A stretch of 36,612 nt of DNA from Thermoplasmatota archaeon. GTDB taxonomy: Archaea > Thermoplasmatota > Thermoplasmata > Thermoplasmatales > ARK-15. Both the position numbers and the translations under genes were made by a program. Below the pieces are notes generated by a model. It did no database searches. It was not told the DNA's origin and was given only the letters and a program-made list of their open reading frames with translations. Positions 17,702 to 28,389 of the stretch are shown in pieces. The stretch is taken from NCBI GenBank assembly GCA_031961525.1, contig JAVRLI010000002.1, positions 1-36,612 on the forward strand, in the 5' to 3' direction. Numbering within the stretch: the stretch's first letter is position 1; the number at the start of each line of letters is the position of its first letter.

Positions 17702-18619
17702 TCATTTTATGTTTACCTGCAATTCCAAAAAATCCCTTGCAACAATTGTGTTCCTGAATATTTCCTTTGCCTCCTTTTCAAGTATATCCACATCACCTGA
17801 TCTATACCTGGGACTTATGTGTGCGAGAATGAGCATATCAACAATTGCTTCCCTTGCTATTTCCGCAGCCTGCCTTGCAGATGAATGACCGAATTCATTT
17901 GCCTTTGTTTCAAGTGAAGAATCGACTGTTGCATCATGAATGAGTATCCTTGATTCCCTGCCATATTTAACAATATCTTGGCAGGGTGATGTATCACCTG
18001 TATAGGTTATTTTCCTTCCAATTCTCATACCGTCCGATATATCATCAAGTAAGATTTTCCTACCATTTTTTTCAATATGACCGTTTTTAACAATCTTTTC
18101 AACATCCTGGCTTGTTAAAGAATATTTTTCCATAAGTTCCTGGGATATCCTTTTTCTGTCCTTTTCCTTAAAAACGTAGGCAAAGTTTGTAACAGGGTGT
18201 TTTGTTTTCACAGCTGTAACTGTATAATCACCAAAATCTATTGTTTCATAATTTTTCATTTCTCTTATATAAATTGGAAATGAAAGGGTGTAATAACCTA
18301 CCCTGAGAAAATTCGTAATCTGCTCTACAGCATCCTCTGGCCCAAAAATTTCAAGCTTCTCCCTCCTTTCATTGAAAACCATGGTTTGAATTAATCCTGC
18401 AAGTCCCAAAAAATGATCACCATGGAAATGTGAAATGAATATTTTTGAAATTTTCATAAAACTGAATGATGTTTGCATTATCTGTCTCTGCGTACCCTCA
18501 CCAACATCAAAGAGTAAAATTTCCTTATCAACCTGTAAACCAATGGACATTGGATTCCTTTCCGGACTCGGCCAAGAACCACCTGTTCCAAAAAATACAA
18601 GGCGCATTGTTGATATCAT
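17702..18619 (-). CDS. rnz: Ribonuclease Z (tRNA 3-prime endonuclease, metallo-beta-lactamase)
   Basis: 305 aa. FGTGGSWPS start, HxHxDH motif (SHFHGDHF), a later HSS/H motif (GHSSARQAAEIA) and ILAHISPRY. Its ATG overlaps the pyrH TGA (ATGA). Confidence 0.9.
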   Translation of the reverse strand: MISTMRLVFFGTGGSWPSPERNPMSIGLQVDKEILLFDVGEGTQRQIMQTSFSFMKISKIFISHFHGDHFLGLAGLIQTMVFNERREKLEIFGPEDAVEQITNFLRVGYYTLSFPIYIREMKNYETIDFGDYTVTAVKTKHPVTNFAYVFKEKDRKRISQELMEKYSLTSQDVEKIVKNGHIEKNGRKILLDDISDGMRIGRKITYTGDTSPCQDIVKYGRESRILIHDATVDSSLETKANEFGHSSARQAAEIAREAIVDMLILAHISPRYRSGDVDILEKEAKEIFRNTIVARDFLELQVNIK

Positions 18620-19287
18620 GGTCCTACCGTCGTACCTATGAATTCCATTCCCTCTATAGCCCTTTTCATATTCTCCATATTCCTTCCATTTATAACTTTT
18701 ATCCTTATTCCGCTTCTTTCCGCAATTTTTATGGATAAAAGATCAAGGACAACATTTGGTCCGGCACCTATATTATTTCCACTTAAAAGTTTAACCAATT
18801 CTCTGTATGATATTTTTTCAATAAGCCTTGCATCGCTGAACTTTTTTGGATCCTTATCGTAAATGCCGTCAACAGATGTTGCATTTATAACAACCTTTTC
18901 ATTAAGATATTCTGCAACGAGCATGGAAACAGTATCTGTCGTATGACCGGGTTCAGTTCCACCCATCAACGCAACCTTAAAGTTTGAAATGCCTTCAATA
19001 GCATCAAAGAAAACAACACCATCCATACCGGAAAAGAATGATTTAACAAGCATTGCATTTATTTTTGTTGCAAGTATACCTATTCTATCAAGGTTATACT
19101 CATCCATACCGTTCTTTCTAGCAATATCAATGTAATCCCTTGCTATCCTTCCACCACCAACAACAATAATAAAATTGTAATTTTTTGACAAATCCTTAAC
19201 CATTGATGAAAATTCTTTTAAGAATTTCACATCAATACCATTGTCGAATATAAGCGATCCTCCAAGTGAAACTATTACATTTTTCAT
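18616..19287 (-). CDS. pyrH: Uridylate (UMP) kinase, archaeal type
   Basis: 223 aa. Amino-acid-kinase fold motifs: [38 protein letters not shown]. Confidence 0.9.
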   Translation of the reverse strand: MKNVIVSLGGSLIFDNGIDVKFLKEFSSMVKDLSKNYNFIIVVGGGRIARDYIDIARKNGMDEYNLDRIGILATKINAMLVKSFFSGMDGVVFFDAIEGISNFKVALMGGTEPGHTTDTVSMLVAEYLNEKVVINATSVDGIYDKDPKKFSDARLIEKISYRELVKLLSGNNIGAGPNVVLDLLSIKIAERSGIRIKVINGRNMENMKRAIEGMEFIGTTVGP

Positions 19288-19348
19288 ATTACCTTATATA
19301 GGTAAAAGAATTTATAGATTAAAAAATTTCCTAAAAGGTGTAGAAAAG

Positions 19349-20563
19349 ATGGAAAGTAAAAGTAAATACGATTTCAAAAGGGCTCTTGAGGAACTTTCAA
19401 AATACGAGGGTAGAGGTACAGAGTTGATTTCACTTTACATTCCACCAAAAAGGCCCATATCGGATGTAATGGCATATTTAAGGGATGAGTATTCCACATC
19501 AGCCAACATAAAAAGTAAAACAACAAGGAAGAATGTAATGAGTGCCATAGAATCCATGATGAGCAGGCTCAAGGTATATAAAATGCCACCTGAAAATGGT
19601 CTGGCCATATTCATCGGGCATGTACCAACAAGGGGAGATCAGACGGAGATGGTTACATACATAATAGAACCGCCTGAGCCAATTCAATCAATGATCTACA
19701 GATGCGATTCAAAGTTCTTTTTGGATCCTCTATATGCCATGCTGGGCGAGAAGGATGTTTACGGTCTTATTGTTATAGATAGGAGTGAGGCAACAATTGG
19801 CCTTCTGAGGGGTGTTAGAATCGAAGTTGTTAAAAACATACAATCACAGGTACCAAGCAAACACCATCAGGGTGGACAGTCATCAAGAAGGTTTGAGAGG
19901 TTGATAGAGCTTGCGGCTCATGAATTCTTTGTTAAGGTAGGAAATACGGCAAATGAAATATTCCTTAATGAAAAAAATTTGAAGGGAATATTGATTGGTG
20001 GACCTGGATCAACGAAGGAATTCTTTGCGGAAAAGGACTACCTTCACCATGAACTGAAAAAGAAAATAATTGATCTTTTCGATACAGGTTATACGGATGA
20101 ATACGGTCTGAGGGAACTTGTTGAAAAGGCATCTCAGAGGCTCGAGGATCTTGAAATTGCCCAGGAAAAGAAAATAATAAACAGGTTTCTTTCAGAGGTA
20201 AGGAAGGAAAATGGTCTTGCTGTTTATGGTGAAAATGAAGTTATCGAGGCATTGAAAAATTCGCAGGTAGATACATTGATAATTTCCGAAGCATTGAGGA
20301 AGTATAAGGTAACATGGGAATGTCCCAACTGTAAAGCAAGGGAGGAAGAAATTATAAATTCTGCAATAATACCGGAAAAAATGTGCAAGAATTGCAACGT
20401 ACCCATGAACGTTGTTGATAAAATTGATATTATAGATGAATACTATAAACTTGCGGAGCAAACAAACGCAAAGGTTTATCTTGTTTCGGATGAAAGTGAG
20501 GAGGGAAAACTTTTCCTGAAGGGTTTTGGCGGTATAGGGGCAATATTAAGATATAAAAAATAA
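19349..20563 (+). CDS. prf1: Peptide chain release factor aRF1
   Basis: Conserved N-terminus [37 protein letters not shown] motif ([11 protein letters not shown]). GGQ motif ([12 protein letters not shown]). Cys4 mini-domain in the C-terminal part. The track ORF start (19241) overlaps pyrH and is rejected. AAAGGTG SD lies upstream of 19349. Confidence 0.9.
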   Translation: MESKSKYDFKRALEELSKYEGRGTELISLYIPPKRPISDVMAYLRDEYSTSANIKSKTTRKNVMSAIESMMSRLKVYKMPPENGLAIFIGHVPTRGDQTEMVTYIIEPPEPIQSMIYRCDSKFFLDPLYAMLGEKDVYGLIVIDRSEATIGLLRGVRIEVVKNIQSQVPSKHHQGGQSSRRFERLIELAAHEFFVKVGNTANEIFLNEKNLKGILIGGPGSTKEFFAEKDYLHHELKKKIIDLFDTGYTDEYGLRELVEKASQRLEDLEIAQEKKIINRFLSEVRKENGLAVYGENEVIEALKNSQVDTLIISEALRKYKVTWECPNCKAREEEIINSAIIPEKMCKNCNVPMNVVDKIDIIDEYYKLAEQTNAKVYLVSDESEEGKLFLKGFGGIGAILRYKK

Positions 20564-20569
20564 AAAAAT

Positions 20570-20809
20570 TTATTTGAGCTCCAGAACAACTACGTCCTTT
20601 ACGGATTTCATACTCTTGAACGGTAGAATCAACCTTCCCTGTGCATCTGTTTCGTATCCCCTCACTTCAAGATCCTCGCTTGGTACAACAAGAAGATGGT
20701 GCACTTCACCAGTATCCGTATCTATTACAAAATTATCTATTGTACCAAGTATTATACCATCGTTTGTCATTACCGTTTTTCCTCTCAGTTCCGATATGAA
20801 TTTTTTCAT
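20570..20809 (-). CDS. Stand-alone PRC-barrel domain protein
   Basis: 79 aa from ATG 20809. GGAGGTG SD lies 6 nt upstream and overlaps the region right after the Cdc48 stop. LRGKTVMTNDGIILGTIDNFVIDTDTGEVHHLLV is the typical PRC-barrel signature. Confidence 0.75.
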   Translation of the reverse strand: MKKFISELRGKTVMTNDGIILGTIDNFVIDTDTGEVHHLLVVPSEDLEVRGYETDAQGRLILPFKSMKSVKDVVVLELK

Positions 20810-20825
20810 CACCAACACCTCCTGT

Positions 20826-23048
20826 TCACCTGAAGTATGGAAGTTCCTCCTTCTTTGTTGGAACTTTTGATATCATGCTACCAATTGCATTGTAGTATTT
20901 TATACTTTCCTCGTTCAGGGATGGTGGAACCTTTTCAAGTGCCCTTTCAAAGTCCCTCATTGTTACCTTCTCCCTGTTCTCCCTTATTGCAAACATACCT
21001 GCTTCCCTGCAAACATTTTCAATATCTGCACCAACATAGTTTTCCATCCTTTCAGCAATCTTTTTGAGATCAACATCACTGTCAAGAGGCATGTTCCTTG
21101 TGTGTATCTGCAGTATTTTAAATCTTGTTTCACGGTCTGGAGGAGGTATATAGATCAGTCTATCAAACCTTCCAGGTCTGAGTAATGCAGGATCTAATAT
21201 ATCCGGTCTGTTTGTTGCACCTATTACAACAACACCCTCAAGGTTTTCAATTCCATCCATGGATGTTAAAATCTGGTTTACAATTCTCTCGGTAACACCT
21301 GAATCTGAATAGTATCCCCTTCTCGGTGCAATTGCATCTATTTCATCAAGGAATACAACAGCGGGAGCGCTCTGTTTTGCTTTCTTAAAGACTTCCCTTA
21401 TTGCCTTTTCCGATTCACCAACCCACTTGCTGAGTACCTCAGGTCCCTTTATGCTTATAAAGTTCATTTCACTTTCAGTTGCAACAGCCTTTGCAAGGAG
21501 TGTTTTACCCGTACCTGGAGGGCCGTAAAGTAAAATTCCCTTTGGAGGTCTGATCCCAAACTTCTTGAATTTATCAGGATCCTTCACAGGCAATTCAACG
21601 GCCTCCTTCAGTTCCTGTTTGATGTTCTCAAGTCCACCAATATCGTCCCATCTTACGTTTGGAACTTCAATCAAAACACCGCGCAGTATACTTGGTTCAA
21701 TGTCCTTCAATGCTTCCTTAAAATCTTCCTTCTTAACAACCATTTTCTGCAGCATTTCCACAGGTATTGGTTTATCAAGGTCTATTTCGGGCAGATACCT
21801 TCTCAGCGCATGCATGGCAGCCTCCCTTGCAAGAGCTGCAAGATCCGCTCCAACAAAGCCATGCGTGATTGATGCAAGTTCCTCAAGAAATTTCACTTTT
21901 TCTTCATCGTTCATATCAAGGGGCATTAACCTCGTGTGTATCTGCAGTATTTCAAGCCTTCCCTTTTTATCAGGAATGCCAATTTCAATCTCCCTGTCAA
22001 ATCTTCCAGGCCTTCTCAATGCTGGATCTATTGAATCAACAAGGTTTGTTGCACCTATGACAATTACCTGTCCCCTTTCTTTGAGACCATCCATTAATGT
22101 AAGTAACTGTGCAACAACCCTTCTTTCAACCTCTCCCTGCACCTCTGCCCTTTTGGGCGCAATTGAATCAAGTTCATCTATGAAAATTATCGAGGGAGCA
22201 TTCTTTTCAGCCTCATCGAATTTTTCCCTCAAAAATCTTTCACTTTCACCGTAGTATTTACTCATTATTTCAGGACCGTTTATTAGATAAAAGTTTGCAC
22301 CTGATTCGTTTGCAACAGCCTTGGCAATGAGTGTTTTACCTGTTCCCGGAGGACCGTATAAAAGGACACCTTTCGGAGGCTTTATTCCAAGCCTTTCAAA
22401 AAGTTCAGGGTGTTTCAGTGGCAATTCTATCATTTCCCTTACCTTCTGTAATTCCTCAGAAAGACCTCCAATATCCTCGTATGTTACCCTGCCGGTCTCA
22501 GAAACATATTCTTCAACTGGCTCCTCCTTTACCTGAATTTCAGTTGTTTCCTTTATAACAAGAACACCCTTTGGCTGTGCCCTGACAACCTTGAACTTTA
22601 GACCTGCCCTTCCTATCAAGGTAAGACCAGGAATCATCAGAATGTCCCCTTCAACAACAGGTCTGTTAAGCAGAGCCCTTCTTACAAAGTCCTCTATGCC
22701 TTCACCCAGCCTTAATCTCTGATCCTTTTCTATTAAAGGTGCGAATGTAACGGATTTTGCTGCTTGATAGTTTGCCTTTGCAACAATTACCTTATCATTG
22801 AGAGTAACACCGGCATTCCTCCTTATATCACCATCAATCCTTATTATTCCCTTTCCTTCATCCTCCACCGGAACCCTATAAACCTTTGCGGCGGTTGTTT
22901 TTTTACTTGTTAAACCTGTTATAGTTATAATGTCACCTACCTCTACCCCCAGTTCCTCCCTGGACTGACTGTCAATCCTTGCCCTTCCAAGGCCAACATC
23001 CATCTGGGGTGCCTCATGCACCCTCAATATGAGTTCCTTCTTTTCCAT
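20826..23048 (-). CDS. cdc48: Cdc48/VCP/VAT-type double-ring AAA+ ATPase
   Basis: 740 aa. N-domain (double-psi barrel), then two AAA modules with Walker A GPPGTGKT in each, Walker B IIFIDELD / VVFLDEID, and SRH regions. Long stretches match my memory of Thermoplasma VAT (for example [11 protein letters not shown] and [14 protein letters not shown]). Confidence 0.95.
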   Translation of the reverse strand: MEKKELILRVHEAPQMDVGLGRARIDSQSREELGVEVGDIITITGLTSKKTTAAKVYRVPVEDEGKGIIRIDGDIRRNAGVTLNDKVIVAKANYQAAKSVTFAPLIEKDQRLRLGEGIEDFVRRALLNRPVVEGDILMIPGLTLIGRAGLKFKVVRAQPKGVLVIKETTEIQVKEEPVEEYVSETGRVTYEDIGGLSEELQKVREMIELPLKHPELFERLGIKPPKGVLLYGPPGTGKTLIAKAVANESGANFYLINGPEIMSKYYGESERFLREKFDEAEKNAPSIIFIDELDSIAPKRAEVQGEVERRVVAQLLTLMDGLKERGQVIVIGATNLVDSIDPALRRPGRFDREIEIGIPDKKGRLEILQIHTRLMPLDMNDEEKVKFLEELASITHGFVGADLAALAREAAMHALRRYLPEIDLDKPIPVEMLQKMVVKKEDFKEALKDIEPSILRGVLIEVPNVRWDDIGGLENIKQELKEAVELPVKDPDKFKKFGIRPPKGILLYGPPGTGKTLLAKAVATESEMNFISIKGPEVLSKWVGESEKAIREVFKKAKQSAPAVVFLDEIDAIAPRRGYYSDSGVTERIVNQILTSMDGIENLEGVVVIGATNRPDILDPALLRPGRFDRLIYIPPPDRETRFKILQIHTRNMPLDSDVDLKKIAERMENYVGADIENVCREAGMFAIRENREKVTMRDFERALEKVPPSLNEESIKYYNAIGSMISKVPTKKEELPYFR

Positions 23049-23107
23049 ACTTTCACCCCGGTTATTAGTTTTTAGTTATCAACATTCGGTTAATAATGTC
23101 CTACTAT

Positions 23108-23530
23108 TTAAACCTTTAGTTCCTTCAGCTTTTTTACCATCTTTACAGCACTGTGAACCGCTTCCCTCGCCTTCTCTATCCTTTCCTGTGCCTGGAGCCT
23201 TGTTTCACCATGACCGGTTATGCCAAGAGCGACGGGTTTTCCGTATTCAACCTGCAGATCCTCTATTTTCCTTGCGGCATTCTGCATTATTACCTCATCA
23301 TGCTCGGTTTCACCTTCAATAACAGCACCCAGGGTAACAACTGCATCCACATCATCCAGTTCAAGTAACTTTTTCACACCAAGAGGTATTTCGAATGTTC
23401 CTGGAACAAGAAGCGTCCTTGTTATTTCAGCACCAAGGAATTCTGCCTCAACCTTTGCCCTTTCCAGCATCATCATTGTTATATCGAAGTTGTATTCCGA
23501 TACAACCAAACCAAGCCTAATTTTATCCAT
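23108..23530 (-). CDS. ribH: 6,7-dimethyl-8-ribityllumazine synthase
   Basis: MDKIRLGLVVSEYNFDIT...VPGTFEIPLG...LGAVIEGETEHDE is the lumazine synthase signature. I prefer ATG 23530, which has GAGGTGA 5 nt upstream, over the GTG at 23539 used in the track. Confidence 0.9.
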   Translation of the reverse strand: MDKIRLGLVVSEYNFDITMMMLERAKVEAEFLGAEITRTLLVPGTFEIPLGVKKLLELDDVDAVVTLGAVIEGETEHDEVIMQNAARKIEDLQVEYGKPVALGITGHGETRLQAQERIEKAREAVHSAVKMVKKLKELKV

Positions 23531-23535
23531 TTTTA

Positions 23536-24453
<918 letters not shown>

Positions 24454-24478
<25 letters not shown>

Positions 24479-25137
24479 TCAATTATTTCACTACCCTCAA
24501 CGAATGGATAATTATGTTCTATTGCATAATTTTTTGCCTTATTGTATGGTAGGGATTTACCATCATCACCCAGCATTTCAACAATTGTGGCTGAGGGTGT
24601 TAAACCGCTCATTATCATAAGTGCTGTTGATAATTCAGTATGCCCCCTTCTTGATTTAAGCAGATCCTTTGAAGATATCAACAAATGCACATGACCCGGG
24701 GATCTGAATATCTTTCCAAACTCAACCTTTGCACTATTTTCATCCAAAACTTTCAACCTTTCAATGAAATTTGCAAATTCCCTTATTGTCAGGGATCTAT
24801 CCTTATCGGGAATTCCTGTAAAAGTCTTTCTGTGGTTAATTGTGATTGAAAATGAGGACTTTTCATCGTATGGTATATCGTTTGGGTAAAGGTATTTGAA
24901 TATTTCATAACCACTTTTCTGAAGAATATCAACCATAAATGGAATGCCAAGTTTCTGTGAAATTTCATAGGTCATTGTTGTGCATATAAGTCCTCCACCA
25001 TCCTTCCTCATTAATTTTATTATATCGTGTGTTACAAACTTGGATGCAACAACAATATCTGTTTCACCCTCCCTGTCATTACTATCATAAACAAGGACAG
25101 GGAATCCCATTTTTACTCTTCTTATTACTTCATCCAT
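24454..25137 (-). CDS. ribB: 3,4-dihydroxy-2-butanone-4-phosphate synthase
   Basis: 227 aa. PVLVYDSNDREGETDIVVASKFVT, GGLICT and RGHTELS are DHBP synthase motifs. First gene of the rib operon. Confidence 0.9.
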
Positions 25138-25148
25138 ATGAAACCATA

Positions 25149-25162
25149 AAGTGAATTCACTT
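25149..25162. promoter_or_regulatory. Perfect 14-bp palindrome AAGTGAATTCACTT (candidate operator of the rib operon)
   Basis: Self-complementary with no spacer. It lies between the AT-rich TATA-like TTAATAAATTTTAATTAA (25161-25178, read on the minus strand) and the ribB ATG at 25137. Confidence 0.5.
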
Positions 25163-25182
25163 AATTAAAATTTATTAACTAC

Positions 25183-25740
25183 TCATTTTTTGGTAGATCT
25201 TGGATTCTTTATTATTTTGGGGCCATTTTCATCAACAACAATGAATGAAAAACCCTTCTCCCTAATTGATTCATAATCATGGCCTGCATCGGATTGGTAA
25301 ACAGCAAGGAATATGAGCTTTTCATTCCCTATATTTATTGACCTGTGGGCATATTCAGGATCAACGTAAAGTACTGCTCCCTTAAACATGTTCAGCGTTC
25401 TTGTATTCCCTGACCTGTTTTCCATGAGCAATATTCCCTCACCGCCAAGAACAATATATACCTCTGCTGCAGCCTTTGAGTGGAAATGCCCCTTTGTGAA
25501 ATAGTATTCTTTACCTATCTTCCCTGGTTCAATTTCAGTTATTGCATATGATAGAGCACCTGGGCCTGAATATGCCATTTCATAAACTTTATAAATTAAA
25601 GGATTCCCTTCCTTAAGTATCCTTTCAGCCTCTTCACGAAATGCAAAATAATCAACAAGGTCAGAAAGGTACCTTTCCTGAACGGATGTTGTCAATTCAA
25701 GTTTACCCGTTAGAAAATCTAAAACGTTTACTCTTTCCAT
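25183..25740 (-). CDS. pgiA: Cupin-type glucose-6-phosphate isomerase
   Basis: 185 aa. TKGHFHSKAAAEVYIVLGGEG...VDPEYAHRSINIGNEKLIFLAVYQSDAGHDYESIREKGFS is very close to my memory of the Pyrococcus cupin PGI (TKGHYH...AEVY...PPYWAHRTVNIG...FLAIYPADAGHDY..I.EKGFS). Confidence 0.85.
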   Translation of the reverse strand: MERVNVLDFLTGKLELTTSVQERYLSDLVDYFAFREEAERILKEGNPLIYKVYEMAYSGPGALSYAITEIEPGKIGKEYYFTKGHFHSKAAAEVYIVLGGEGILLMENRSGNTRTLNMFKGAVLYVDPEYAHRSINIGNEKLIFLAVYQSDAGHDYESIREKGFSFIVVDENGPKIIKNPRSTKK

Positions 25741-25858
25741 GTTTTACGCTATTATAAATTATTATAAAAGCTTTTAGAATTTTATAACATAAAGAATTGG
25801 ATTCAAGATCTAAATATCATGGAAAATTCTTCAAAAATATTTCAATTGAATTAACACA

Positions 25859-27190
25859 CTAGAACTTTATTGTTTCCAAACCTGGTTTGTTCAAAAATTT
25901 TATTGTTACCTTGCAGGGATCTGGATTAAAATTGTGCATTTTCTGGTATTCTGTCTGTTTCTGCCATGCGGAGGCATTGAGGAGAATTGTTCCATAGTAA
26001 ATTGAATATTTGTGAACATGAATATGTCCTGTTACAAAAAGATCAGGTATATCCTCTATGACCATATAATCCTCATCCATTGGTGCGATTGGAACCTTGT
26101 TTCCATATATGGGTGCAAGATGCCTTCTTTTCAAAAGTTCAGCCATCATGGTATCAGCATTTTCATACTTTATTCCCTTAATATAATCCATCAGATCATT
26201 TAAACTTGTACCATGGTAAATGAGAATATTGAAACCCTCTATGGATATATATGCAGGGTTGGATAGAAAAATAACATTGGCAGGGAACATTTTCCTTATT
26301 TCATCACCAAGGAATGGCTGGGGTTCAGCTATCCTTACAAGATCATGGTTTCCAGGTATCATGAAGATTGTAATATCATTTTTAATCCTTGATATGTACT
26401 GGGATAAAAGTGCATACTGATCGAATATATCGTTCAATTCAAGATCCCTTTCCTGACCCGGGTAAATGCCTATACCATCAACAAGATCACCTGAAATTAT
26501 CATGTATTTTACATTCTTCCCCTTTTCACCGTTCAACCAATCTATGAATTTAAGAAAATTTTCCTTCATGAACATTTTACTACCAACATGTAAATCTGAA
26601 ATGAATGCAATACCATTTTCACTGTTTACAACCTTTTCCTTTTTTGATACATTATCCACACCTGGATAAACAATCTCCTTTACGTACATTTTACCATTCC
26701 TAATGTTTCCCTTCACACCTATAACATCATCCGGAAATATGTTCTCATTTCCATTGTAGTATGCTATAATATGCCCGGACGGATCCTCAAGATCAAGGAT
26801 CCTTCCATACTTTGAGTCCCTTATATCCCTTACCATGGCTATTATTGTACTTTCACTTTCATTTTTTATGGCATAGTCTAAGTTAACGAATCCTGAAAGT
26901 GATACCCTTGATTCAAGTATTTTCCTTATTTTCATGTACCTGCTGAGGAAAAGTTTCCTGAAACTTTCAGACTTTCCTGAACCCGCTGGAAAATCTCTAT
27001 CCCCCCTTATTATTGTGAATTTACTTTCCTCCTTTCTCAATATTTCGTATGCCTTTCCTTCTCTTATCTTTTTCATAACATATGAAAGACCACCCATTTT
27101 CATTATTTCATCAATTTCCCTTGTTGTGGGGAATATACCGTTATCCCAAAGTATTTTCATAACATCCCTTCTTTCATCCATATGCCTCAA
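25859..27190 (-). CDS. DNA polymerase II (PolD) small subunit DP1
   Basis: 443 aa. OB-fold middle region. C-terminal calcineurin-like phosphoesterase motifs: ISDLHVGS, ISGDLVDGIGIYPGQ, PGNHD, GHIH. Possible starts at 27190, 27181 or 27160. Confidence 0.9.
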   Translation of the reverse strand: MRHMDERRDVMKILWDNGIFPTTREIDEIMKMGGLSYVMKKIREGKAYEILRKEESKFTIIRGDRDFPAGSGKSESFRKLFLSRYMKIRKILESRVSLSGFVNLDYAIKNESESTIIAMVRDIRDSKYGRILDLEDPSGHIIAYYNGNENIFPDDVIGVKGNIRNGKMYVKEIVYPGVDNVSKKEKVVNSENGIAFISDLHVGSKMFMKENFLKFIDWLNGEKGKNVKYMIISGDLVDGIGIYPGQERDLELNDIFDQYALLSQYISRIKNDITIFMIPGNHDLVRIAEPQPFLGDEIRKMFPANVIFLSNPAYISIEGFNILIYHGTSLNDLMDYIKGIKYENADTMMAELLKRRHLAPIYGNKVPIAPMDEDYMVIEDIPDLFVTGHIHVHKYSIYYGTILLNASAWQKQTEYQKMHNFNPDPCKVTIKFLNKPGLETIKF

Positions 27191-28337
27191 TCCTCTTTTG
27201 CTTCTCTAAAAATCTGTATACTCTTGTTGATAGAATAACATTTTTGATGTAATCTTGAAGATCAATATCCTTTAGATTTTTAATTCCCAGATACCTAACA
27301 TTCCTTAATGCATCCCTTACAGTTTCCCTTATCAACCATACTCCTAAAGGTATTCTGTAGTTTGGCCCCACTATCCTGTATACTATGACAGATGCGGACC
27401 TTTTAATGGATTCAAGATATTCCAGAATTGCAAGCCTTGCCGCATAGTAAGCACCTGTCACATTACTTGCGTATGTTTTCCTTCCATAATATCCCTCATA
27501 GTCACCGCTTTCCATTATGTTCCTTATTTTTCCTCCGAATCCATGCCAGTTTTCAACCATTTCAAACATCCAGGTACCTGGAATAAGGAAAATGTAAAAA
27601 TAATTATCCATATATGATTTCTCAGCATACATTATTGTATCAACACTCTCATATTCCCTTACCCTTTCAATCAACCTTTTACCAACTATATCGTCCACAG
27701 CTGTTATTGCCCACCTTGTTGGAACCAGTTTTCTATCTATTTTCCTTCCTAGAACACCTGCACTCAGAAGTCTTTTAAGGTAATCGTTCCCGAAACCGTT
27801 TGAATAAAGTTCCCATATTGCATCCTGGGCATTCATATCAAAATCTTCGGTTATGATTTCGATCCTTTTTGGTATTTTTGGATTTTCCTCAATTTCAATG
27901 TTTCTCGCTATAACTCTAGGGCCCAGGGGTGTTGATATCCTGTCCATGTAAATTTTATTTTCAATTGATTCAACGTTTGCAAATAATTTTAATTTAATTT
28001 CTGAAAGTGAAATTTCCCTGATATTATCAACAATTTTTGATTCCCTATCAACCCTCTGAACATTACCAACCCTGTACATGGATGATGTTCTTTCAAGTAT
28101 CTTTTCTAATGGTAATGGATAAAGATCCCCTGATGTTTCATTTTTTGTTAATATTGCACCCACATGCACTTTTGGATAATTGAACCTCCCAACAAATATG
28201 TCAGGGGGTGTTATACCGTCCATTTCCTTCACTATTTTTGGAATTGGGGATATATTACCATATATTGGACAGTACTTAAGACCGCAGAGGAACTTAATTC
28301 CCCTGCATTCCTCACATATGTTCCTTTCCACGATCAT
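27174..28337 (-). CDS. nreA: NreA-like DNA repair protein (Nre family)
   Basis: 387 aa. N-terminal Cys cluster (CEECRGIKFLCGLKYCP), then PPDIFVGRFNYPKV and LVPTRWAITAVDD, typical of the archaeal Nre family. C-terminal QKRIEAYG is PIP-box-like. Confidence 0.8.
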   Translation of the reverse strand: MIVERNICEECRGIKFLCGLKYCPIYGNISPIPKIVKEMDGITPPDIFVGRFNYPKVHVGAILTKNETSGDLYPLPLEKILERTSSMYRVGNVQRVDRESKIVDNIREISLSEIKLKLFANVESIENKIYMDRISTPLGPRVIARNIEIEENPKIPKRIEIITEDFDMNAQDAIWELYSNGFGNDYLKRLLSAGVLGRKIDRKLVPTRWAITAVDDIVGKRLIERVREYESVDTIMYAEKSYMDNYFYIFLIPGTWMFEMVENWHGFGGKIRNIMESGDYEGYYGRKTYASNVTGAYYAARLAILEYLESIKRSASVIVYRIVGPNYRIPLGVWLIRETVRDALRNVRYLGIKNLKDIDLQDYIKNVILSTRVYRFLEKQKRIEAYG

Positions 28338-28389
28338 ACCATGGATTCAAAAAGAAAAAGTTTTTCATTCGATAATTTTACCATTGAAT

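Noticed and set aside
19241-19348. N-terminal extensions of the aRF1 ORF (19241) and, similarly, of the ThiF-like ORF (28180-28389)
   Set aside because: The extensions overlap the divergent pyrH and nreA coding regions. The conserved family N-termini (MESKSKYDF..., MERYSRQIVL...) start at internal ATGs preceded by promoter or SD-like sequence.
20300-20420. Cys4 zinc-ribbon-like insertion in aRF1 (CPNC...CKNC)
   Set aside because: As far as I recall, a CxxC...CxxC mini-domain in the C-terminal domain is common in archaeal aRF1 proteins. It is therefore a family feature rather than a novelty. I could not verify this without an alignment.
21565-22254. 229-aa ORF (and several 60-75-aa ORFs) on the plus strand inside the cdc48 gene
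   Set aside because: These are antisense shadow ORFs of a strongly supported 740-aa AAA+ gene. Their translations are low-complexity S/L/F-rich with no motifs. The same applies to the antisense ORFs inside polB, the radical SAM gene, the surface protein, DP1, pheT and others.
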